The notes under the pieces were generated by a model, which was given only the letters and a program-made list of their open reading frames with translations, was not told the origin of the DNA and ran no database searches. From Chrysemys picta bellii (lineage: Eukaryota), in assembly GCF_011386835.1 (NCBI RefSeq), contig NC_088810.1:930447-994000 (forward strand): a DNA stretch of 63,554 bases. The letters are read 5' to 3'. The translations under genes were made by a program, and so were the position numbers. Each line of letters starts with the position of its first letter. Positions within the stretch are counted from its first letter, which is position 1. Below are positions 1 through 10,100 of the stretch, piece after piece.

Positions 1-9
1 CCCACCCCC

Positions 10-960
10 TGTGATGGAGTTCTCAACGTTTTCTCTGAATACGGTGTGTGCCTCAGTTTCCCCTGTTACTCCAGTCCCTAGGCGGGGGGATCAGGGGGTT
101 GATCGGTGCAGCGACCCCCGGAGGGCAGGTGTGGCCGCGACTGGCTGCCTGGGCTCAGAGACCGGCCGACACCCTGTAGCCTGGCTCCTGATGGCCGGAG
201 CTTGTCCCAGTGCCTCTCACACCCGTCCCAGTCCCAGCCCCACGCAGGCCTGGCTCCTCTCCTGAGGATCTCCTCTGGGGCCGCCAAATCGCTCACCTGC
301 CCTCCTCCCACAGGCGGATTAGCCCCTGGACCAACAGAGCCCATGGCCAGGGGCCCCGGCCAGTTGGGGGCCCCCAGGAAAATGGGTGCAGGAGCGCGGG
401 GTGGGCGGAGCGGGTCGGGGCGCGGGGGCTGGCAGGTGCCGGAGTGGGACAGGGGCCGGAGCTGGGCCGGGCTGTGGAGTGGGGCTGGCTGCTAATGGGT
501 GGGTCTTGGCCCACCTGTGGCTACGCCCCGTCCCGTCCCCTGCAGAGCCAGCCGGGGCGGGGGGGGGGAGCAGCAGCCCGGGGGACCTGCTGGCCCAGGA
601 AAGGGACAAAGGCCGAGAGGGGCTACGGGGGGGGGAACTGGTCAGTCGGGGACTTTGCTGCAGGTCCCTGGTCTCACAAGCTCTGTTCTACGCTGGGTCC
701 CCACGTCGGGGTCACTCGCTGCCTGGGAGTCGCTGCGGGGGGGCAAAGCCCTTTGGGGGTACGTGAGGTTCCCCAGGGGCCCAGTCCAGGGGGACTCGCT
801 GCGGGGGGGGGGCCCGGGGTGAGCAGGGGGCCGGACGCTCCGAGGTCGGATCCAGGAGGCTCCTGGCCCTGGTGGGAGCCCTGCAGGGAGACGCTGCCCC
901 AGAGCCCTGCCTGGCTTCACCTGGAGCCGTGCCAGAGCCTCCAGCCTGGGACCCCGGGAC
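10..960. mobile_element. Interspersed LTR-like repeat; related copies at about 1926-2450 and 14648-15830 (the last one split)
   Basis: Shared strings gctgcagagacccctagagggcaggtgtg, cacaagctctgttctacgctgggtccccacg, gaacgctccgaggt and ggagacgctgccccagagccctgc recur across the three loci. Confidence 0.6.
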
Positions 961-1026
961 ACCCCCCAACCCCGTGCCATGCCCAGGACCCCAGGGGGCC
1001 CGAGCCCCCCCGCTGGCAGTACCCAC

Positions 1027-1158
1027 CTGACGCGGCCTCCACGGTGAGGGGCTGGGCGCGGCCCTGCCCGCAGAAGGCGCCGATGAGGGTCCGGTCGGCC
1101 TGGATCTCCCCGCTGTCCAGGAAGGCCGCAGCCCGTCGAAGGCATAGGCATAACTGTG
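1027..1158 (-). CDS. MEGF8: MEGF8 exon 24 (second CUB region), 1-bp frameshift
   Basis: ccccag|CAC AGT TAT ([10 protein letters not shown]), then [34 protein letters not shown] in a shifted frame; donor gtgggt; 132 bp where 133 are needed. Confidence 0.9.
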
Positions 1159-4100
1159 CTGGGGGGCAGGCGGAGATGGGACCCCTGGCCTGACTGCTCC
1201 CCCCCCAGCACCCCACCGGGCCCGGGCCCTGCTCCTGCCCCAGCCCTGCTCCCCCCAGCCCCCGGAACGGGCCCTGCTTTCCCCCCCACCCCCCCAGCAA
1301 CCCCCCACCCCCAGCCTGGGTCCTGCTCCCCCCCTCCAAGGCACCTGGCCAGGCCCTGCTCCCCCCCGCCCCCCTGGGACCCGGCCCGGGCTCTGCTCTC
1401 CCCCCAGCACACCCCCCCGCCCTGCTCCCCACCCCCCACGGCCCGGGCCCTGCTCCCCCCGCCCCTGGCACCCGGCCGGGCCCTGCTCTCCGCATAACAG
1501 CTGCCACCACAGACCCGGAGCCTGGTACCCCCCGAGAACCTCCTATAGTACCCAAACTGGACCCCACTCTGCCCCCCATGGTCAGACCCTGCTCCACCCC
1601 CAGCGCTGCCTCCCCACAGCATCCAGCACGGACCTGCACTCCCCAACGCCCCCCAGCCAGCCCCACTCACCATGCAGGGGGTGCTGAGGTCGGGCTGCAG
1701 GGTCAGGCTGATGGCGGGGCAGGGGTGGGCAGGGGGGCAGGGCTCCAGGCCGGGCGAGGCCGACAGCACCCACAGGCAGTGGGCCAGGTCCCCGGGCACC
1801 CCCCCTGCCCGCCGGGAGCCCAGGGACCCCGAACCCGAGAGGTTGGCCAGCAGCGAGCGCCCCTCGCACGCCCGGTAGCAGGTGCCCATGTTCCTGGGGG
1901 AGAGAGAGCATCAGCGCCGGGGGGGCCCCACACAGGGGTGGGGGGGATCAGGGTGTGCAATGGTCGCAGAGACCCCTAGAGGGCAGGTGTGATGCCCACG
2001 GGCTGCAGAGACCGGCTGACACTGATGGCCCCCACCTCCCCCAAGGTGGGGGAGAACAGAGACCAGGTCACCAGGGGCCAGGCAGCTGGAAGCAGGTCAG
2101 TCTCCTGGTTTGGGTCTCGGGGGGAGCCCAGGGCTCTGGATAACCCCCCCGCCCCCCCGATGGACTTTGCTGCAGGTCCCTGTGCTCACAAGCTCTGTCC
2201 TACGCTGGGTCCCCACGACTAATAACCCGCCGGGGTCACTCGCTGGCTGGGAGTCGCTGCTGGCTGCGGCGGGGGGGGGGGCTCTTTGGGGGGGTATGAG
2301 GCTCCCCAGGGGTCCCAGCCAGGGGGCTGAACGCTCCGAGGTTCGACCCAGGAGCCCGCGAAGCCGAGCAGGCACCTCGCCCTGGTGACAGGTGCCCTGC
2401 GGAGAGACGCTGCCCCAGAGCCCTGCTAGAGCCCCCAGTCTGGGACCCCGGGACAGGGGGTCTCTGGGGGCCAGGAGGAATGCGGGGATTTCAGGGGTGG
2501 GGTCTCACCTGGGGTCCCCACAGAACCTGGCAGCGCAGCCCTCGCAGTGCAGCCCCTCAGCAGGGAGTTGGGGTGTCTGAGGGACAGGAGGAAGGAGGCG
2601 TCTCTGGGGGGGAGTTGGAGTGTCTGGGGGGCAGGAGGAAGGAGGCGTCTCTGGGGGGGAGTTGGAGTGTCTGGGGGGCAGGAGGAAGGAGGCGTCTCGG
2701 GGGAGTTGGGGTGTCTGAGGGACAGGAGGCGTCTCTGGGGGGGAGTTGGGGTGCCTGGGAGCAGGAGGAAGGAGGCGTCTCTGGGGGGGAGTTGGGGTGC
2801 CTGGGGGGCAGGAGGAAGGAGGCGTCTCTGGGGGGGAGTTGGGGGTGCCTGGGGGGCAGGAGGAAGGAGGCATCTCGGGGGGAGTTGGGGTGTCTGAGGG
2901 GCAGGAGGAAGGAGGGGTCTCTGGGGCGGACAGGGGGGTCTCACCTGGGGTCCCCGTAGAACCCGGGGGCGCAGCGCTCACAGTGGGGCCCCTCGGCGGG
3001 GGGGGCGCAAGTAGCAGGCCCCTGTGGCCCCGTGGCAGTAGCCCCGCTCGGGCAGGCCGTGCCCGTTGCACTCACACGCCTGGCACCCGCCGGGTTCGTG
3101 GCGTCGCCGAAGCTGCCGGGCCGGCAGAGGTGGCAGTGCTCGCCGTGGGTCCAGTCTGCGGAGATGGGGCAGAGAGTGAGCGGGGGGGAGAGTTGGGGAT
3201 GTGGAAGGGGCGTAGGGGGAGTGCAGGGCCAGAGCAGGAGGAGGGGGCTGTGGGGGCTGCAGAGGCCGCGGGGGTGGGGCACGGGGGGGAGTGCAGGGGC
3301 CCCAGGGGGGTGATGTGGGGGGCCGCAGGAGACTCACCCTGGCACTCATCGCACACCCCGGGCCCCCCGGCCTCGCAGCTGCTGTGGAAGTGGCAGCCAC
3401 AGTCCACGCTGCACCGGGCCCCCCCCGCGCTGCCGTTGCCCCCGGCGCCCGGCTCCGACGTCCAGCCCAGCTCGCACTCGCACACGTAGCCGGGGGGGCC
3501 ACTGCACCGGCCGTGCCCGCACTCCTCGTAGCACCTGGGGAGACGCCGGGGGGGGGGATGGAGCGGGGCAGCCAACGCCGCCCACGCCCCCAGACCTGCA
3601 CCACCCCCTCCCAGCCCCCTTGAATCCCAACCCCCCCCGAGCCTTGCGCCACCTACTCCCCAGACGCCCCCCAGCCCTGCACCACCTCCTTCCCAGCCCC
3701 CCCGAATCCCAACCCCCCTGAATCCCAACCCTCCCAAGCCTTGTGCCACCCCCTCCCCAGACGCCCCCCAGCCCTGCACCACCTCCTTCCCAGCCCCCCA
3801 AATCCCAACACCCCCCCAACCCTGCACCGCCCCCTTCCCCCCCGAATCCCAACCCCCCTGAATCCCAACCCCCCCAAGCCTTGTGCCACCCCCTTCCCAG
3901 ACCCCCTGGACCTCCTCCCCAGCCCTGCTGAGCCCTGCACCGCCCCCTCCCCAGCCTCACGTCTGGTTGCAGTGGCTGGTGCCGTCGCCGGCGTAGCCGC
4001 GCTGGCAGTGGCACTCGTAGGCCTCGGGCGTGTTGTGGCAGCGGGCGAAGGGGTGGCAGCGAGCCAGGCCCAGCCGGCACTCATCCACGTCGGGGCACTG

Positions 4101-7100
4101 CCCGTAGGACCAGGCAGCCGGCTGGGCGGGGGGCAGCCTGTGGCTCTCCCACAGAGCCACCGAGCAGTTGGGGAAGCCGCCCACGCCGGAGAAATCACCC
4201 TGCAGGCACCTGGGGCGGGGGGGAAGGAGACGGGGGGTCATGGCAGAGACAGGGGCAGCAACCCCCCCGCCCCACACACTGAGCCAACCAGTCCCTGCCC
4301 TGGGGCCGGGTGGGAGCCGGCGCCCCCTAGAGGGGACAGCCCCCTGCCCCATTCCCCGCCCCCCTGAGCCAGCCAGTCCCTGCCCTGGGGCCGGGTGGGA
4401 GCCGGCGCCCCCGAGAGGGAACGCCCCACCCCCCAGCCTGTTACCTGCCCAGCGTGGGGTTGTCCGTGTTCCCGCACCAGCCGCACTCGAAGTGCTGCAG
4501 ACAGTCCCGGCACGTGTTGAACCGGGCGCAGTCCAGGCACTGGGGCACCGAATGGACACTGGGGGCAGGAGACAGACGAGTCAGCCCCAGCTCGGCCCCA
4601 CCCCCTCCCAGAGCCGGGAGAGAACCCAGGAGTCCTGGCTCCCAGCCCCCAGCCCCCTCCCAGAGCTGGAGAGAACCCGGGGTCCCCGCGCCCCTCACCT
4701 GTCGTACCAGCCCCGGCAGTCCCCGTACGGGTACTTGGCCAGGTAGGCGGCGAAGAAGAAGCAGCTGTGGGTGGACTGGCACCAGGCGCACTGGCTGGAG
4801 TTGGACAGACACTCGGCGCACGTGCTCCGCCTGGGGGGAGAGGGGGGGTTACTGCTTCCCAGAGCCCCCCCTGCTGCCCCCCCCACCCAGCCACCACCTC
4901 CCCCCCAGACAGCGCCCACGCAGCCCCAGCACCCTGCCCACACACTGCCCCCCTAGGTCCTGCCCCCCCCTGCACCGACCCCCCCCCGGCACCCTGCCCA
5001 CACACTGACCCCCCAGGTCCTGCCCCCCCCTGCACCGACCCCCCCCCCGGCACCCTGCCCACACACTGACCCCCCAGGTCCTGCCCCCCCCGCACCGACC
5101 CCCCCCCCGGCACCCTGCCCACACACTGACCCCCCAGGTCCTGCCCCCCCCTGCACCGACCCCCCCCCCGGCACCCTGCCCACACACTGACCCCCTAGGT
5201 CCTGCCCCCCCCTGCACCGACCCCCCCCCCGGCACCCTGCCCACACACTGACCCCCCAGGTCCTGCCCTCCCCTGCACCGACACCCCCCCCCGGCACCCT
5301 GCCCACACACTGACCTCCCCAGGTCCTGCCCCCCCCAGCACCGACCCCCCCCCCCGGCACCCTGCCCACACACTGACCTCCCCAGGTCCTGCCCCCCCAG
5401 CACCGACCCCCCCCCCCCGGCACCCTGCCCACACACTGACCCCCCCTAGGTCCTGCCTCCCCCAGCACCAACCCCCCCCCGGCACCCTGCCCTCCCCCCC
5501 CCAGCCCCCCAGGACTCACTGGCGGCACAGCGCGGGGCAGGCGTCGGGGGCGCGGATGCCGTGGGGCTGCCGGCCCCGGCGGCTGCACAGCAGATCCCCC
5601 TTCTTGCTACTGTTCACCTGCCACTCGCAGAACGGGTCCTGAGGGGGCACCGGGGGGGGGGGGGGGGTCAGAGTCCCTTCCTGCAGAGCCAGTGCCCCCC
5701 AGAGCCCCCCTGTACCTCTTATTCACCACTGTCACACGGCCATGCTATGTTCTGCACTACACCTGCCTGGGGAGGGATCACTTGGAAACTCATAATGTGC
5801 TGAACATCGTTGTCCTGTTAGCATGGGCGTACCCACGCGGTGTGTGATGCTGGTCTCTAGACCCCCCGATGGGTCGTCCAGCCCACGGCCACTGGGGGCG
5901 TCCCTGGCTGGGGCTGGCCAGGCTCCCCCCCTGGGGCTGCGGGAGGCCTGGGGGCCGGAAGAGTCACCCGCTGGGTGAGTCTGGGGACAAGATCCCGGTT
6001 TGTAATTGCCAGGGAACCTTCCTCGTACTTTGCGCTGGCCGGGGGCAGCCGAGCGGCGGGCGGAGCGCAGGGGGCACGGCCGGGAGGGGGCGCTGTTCCC
6101 GGGCACAGAGTCGGGCGCACCGCGGTTCAGCCGTCACGTCGTAACCTGGGGAACGTCTCACACACACACACACCCCGCCCCGGTGCCCGTCTCACCGCGC
6201 TGCAGGCGTGGCAGTCCCGGTACTCCTCGCACAGGAAGCAGTTGCTGGGCGAGAGGACGAGGCGCACGGAGCCCCCCCCGCATGGCCCCCCCGCCCCCCG
6301 GCCCCTCCAGCCGGGCGTGGCAGCTGGCGCTGAGCGGGCACCAGCCGCAGCCCTGGTCGGCCAGGCAGGCCAGGCAGGAGGGATAGGAGGGGCAGGGCCC
6401 CGCGCGGAACGGCTCCAGAAAGAAGTACGAGATCTCCTGGGGGGAGAGCGGGCGAGTGAGAACCAGGGGCACCCCCGGCAGCGAGCCCCCCAGGGCACCC
6501 CCAATCACCCCCAGCCCCCCAGAGCACCCCCGGTAGCCAGCCCCCCAGGGCACCCTCAATCACCCCCAGCCCCCCAGGGCACCCCGGCAGCCAGCCCCCC
6601 AGGGCACTCCCAATCACCCCCAGTCCCCCAGGGCACCCCCAGCAGCCATCCCCCAAGGAACCTCCAATCATCCCCAACCCCCCAGGGCAACCCCGGCAGC
6701 CAGCCCTCCCAGGGCATCTCCAATCATTCCCAGACCCCCAGGGAACCCCAGCAGCCAGCCCCCCAGGGCACCTCCCAATCAGCCTGCAGCACCCCTCCCT
6801 ACCCCAACCAGCCCCTCACCTTTCCCCACCTCACCCCAATCATCCCCCCACGGCACCTGGGTATAGGTGAGTACACAAGGGGGAGAGGGTCGGGGGTACA
6901 CATGGTGTGGGGGATGGGGGGTACACACTGCCACCTGGCAGAGGGATGGGGGGGAGGGGTCTGGGGGCTTCACGGGGGGGGTTACACACAGGGGGGGTAC
7001 GTGGAGGGCACGCAGGGGGACACGTGGGGGCACACGGGGGGTACGTGGGGGATACGTGGAGGGCACACGGAACACAGGGGAGGTACGTGGAGAGCACACA

Positions 7101-10100
7101 GGGGGCAGGGGGTACATGGGGGGCACACAGGGGGCACAGGGGGACACGTGGGGGGCACACCGGGGCACGTGGGGGGCACACCGGGGGCACGGGGGGGGGT
7201 TACTCACACTGCCGCCCGGCACCCCAGTGCGGTCCCACACCAGGGTGAGCTCGCTGCTCTGCCTGGCGGGGGGATGGGGTACCTGGGTTACACAGAGGGG
7301 GCGGGGGGCACGTGAGGGACACAAAGGGGGCAGGGGGACACGTGGGGGCATACAGGGGGCACAGGGGTACGTGGGAGGCACACAGGGGGCACAGGGGGTA
7401 CTCACACTGCCGCCCGGCACCCCAGTGCGGTCCCACACCAGGGTGAGTTCGCTGCTCTGCCCGGTGCCCGAGCTGTTGAGATGCCCCTCGACCTGCACCA
7501 GGTATTTGTTGCCGCGCTCGGGGCTGCCGAAGAGCCGCTGGGTGCCCGGGCGCTGCAGGGGGCGCGTCTCCTTCTCCTGCTGCACGGCCCAGCGCCCCAC
7601 CTCCTCCTGCCACGGGCCGGGGGTCAGGGGGAGCCAGACCTCCCTGCCGACCCCTTTGCCCCACAGCGCCCCCGCCTCACAGCGCCCCACCTCCTCCTGC
7701 CACGGGCCGGGGGTCAGGGGGAGCCAGAGCCCCCCGCTGCCCCCCTGCCCCACAGCGCCCCCGCCCCACAGCGCCCCACCTCCTCCTGCCACGCGCTGGG
7801 GGTCAGGGCGAGCCAGCGCCCCCTGCTGACCCCCCGCCCCACAGCACCCCCAGCTGACCCCACCCTGCTCCCTGGCACAGACCCCACGGCACTGCGTTGG
7901 GGCAGCCCCGATGGCCCCGGCTCCCCCCTTACCAGCTCGGGGGCGTTGGGGGCACGGCCCAGCTTGGCGACCACGTGGAGGCGCTGCACACGGGCCCAGA
8001 CGGAGATGTGGGGGGCGGGGGGGGGCCCGGCCAGCAGCGGGTAGATGAAGCCCTTGTAGACCAGGGAGACATCCATCTCCGAGCTGGGGCTCAGCGTAAT
8101 GGTCGTGCTGCGGACGATGGACACCTGGGGGGGCACCGGGGTCAGTCTGCTGCAGCCCCCACCCCCACCAGTGCTGCGAGCTTCCCCCGGCAGTGCCCCT
8201 GCCCCCCGTGCCCGAGCTGCCCCTCCCGCGCTGGTGTTGTGAGCTTTCCCCAGCAGTGCCCCCTCGCCCCCCTTCCTCCTCGGGGGACCCGGTGCCCGAG
8301 CTGCCCCCCCCGGCAGCACCCCCCTGCCCCTGCTGGGGGACCCGGTGCCCGAGCTGCCCCCCCCGGCAGCACCCCCCGGCCCCTGCCGGGGGACCTGGTG
8401 CCTGAGCGCCCCCCTTCCCCCTCAGGGGACCCGGTGCTGGAGCTGCCCCCCCCAGCAGCACCCCCCTGCCCCTGCCGGGGGACCCCGTGCCCGAGCTGCC
8501 CCACCTTGTCGGGCTGCGAGTCGTTGCGGGGGTGCTGGTAGGTGATGAGGTGCAGGCCGGGCAGGAAGTTGTGACGTTGGCAGCTCTCCAGGGAGGTGAT
8601 GAACACGGGGCGTGGCCCCCACCAGCCGTAGGTGCCCGAGATCTGCCCCACACGGCACCGGCTCTGCTCTGGGGGGGGGGGGGGGGAAGAGGCTGAGCCC
8701 TCATAGGCCCCCGGGAATGCAGCCCCCCCTCAGGGAGCGCAGCCCCCACCACCACCCCTTTTCCCCACCCCCCATCTCTTCCCCAGGAACGCAGCCCCCC
8801 CGCCCTGCCCCATCTCTCCCAGCAAATACAGCCCCGAACCCCAACACCCCCTCCTGGCACCCCCCAGCCCATCCCCCCCAGGCCACCCGCCTCTCTTAGA
8901 GTGATCCCAGACCAGCCTCAGGTTGGGGGCAGGGAGGAGAGACAGATTGGGGAGGGGCTGGGGGGAGAGACAGGTGGGGTAGATGGGGGAGGGGCTGGGG
9001 CAGGGAGAGGGAGGGGGGAAGGAGAGGTGGGTGCGGAGATGGGGGAGGGGACTGGGCGGAAGGAGAGGCAGGTGGGGTAGATGGGGGAGGGGGCCGGGGG
9101 GAAGGAGAGACAGGTGAGGAGGAGGGGGGGGAAGGAGAGGTGTGTGGGGTAGATGGGGGAGAGCCGAGGGGAGAGGAGGTGGGGGGGCAGGTGTGGCGGG
9201 GGCCGAGGGGCTCACCAGGGACAGGCATGCAGGTAGATGGGGGAGGGGGGCAGGGGGGGCGGAGCCAGGGACGGGGCGGGGCCTAGGGGCTCACCAGCGA
9301 CCAGCATGCAGTTAGATGGGAGAGGGGCCAGGGGGAAAGGAGATGGGTGGGGAGGGGTGGGGGAGCGGCTGGGGGCGGAGCCGGGGGAGGGGGCGGGGTT
9401 GAGGGGCTCACCAGCGATGGGCAGGTAGATGGGGGAGGGGCCGGGGGAGAGGAGACAGGTGGGGAGGGGCCGGGGGGGCTCACCAGCAACAGGCATGCAG
9501 GTCTCGTTCTGCACACACCATCCGAAGGGCCCCGGCGCGCGGGGCAGGGGGGGCCCGGCCCCCCCAAACGCCAGGCAGGACTCGCAGTCCACCAGGAGCC
9601 GAGCCAGGCCCAGGCAGCCGGTGCTGGGACACTGAGAGAGAGAGAGACATCAACAGGGGAGCATGGCCAACGCCCCCACTGCACTTCACTGGAGAGCACC
9701 CAGGAGTCCTGGCTCCCAGCCCCCTGCTCTAACCACCAGCCCCCACCCCCCACCCAGAGCCAGGGAGAGAACCCAGGAGTCCTGGCTCCCAGCCCCCTGC
9801 TCTAACCACCAGCCCCCACCCCCCCTCCCAGAGCCAGGGAGAGAACCCAGGAGTCCTGGCTCCCAGCCCCCTGCTCTAACCACCAGCCCCCACCCCCCCT
9901 CCCAGAGCCAGGGAGAGAACCCAGGAGTCCTGGCTCCCAGCCCCCCCTGCTCTAACCACCAGCCCCCACTCCTCTCCTAGAGCCAGGGAGAGAACCCAGG
10001 AGTCCTGGCTCCCAGCCCCCTGCTCTAACCACCAGCCCCCACCCCCCCTCCCAGAGCCAGGGAGAGAACCCAGGAGTCTGTACCTCACCCCCGGGGGTGT

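Noticed and set aside
1027-6436. Calling MEGF8 a pseudogene
   Set aside because: The other 20 exons keep frame, cysteines and splice sites, no in-frame stops were seen, and the indels lie mostly in homopolymer or dinucleotide runs.
6779-8872. 697-aa minus-strand ORF as a single gene
   Set aside because: Read-through of GC-rich introns that happens to include MEGF8 exon 15 in frame.
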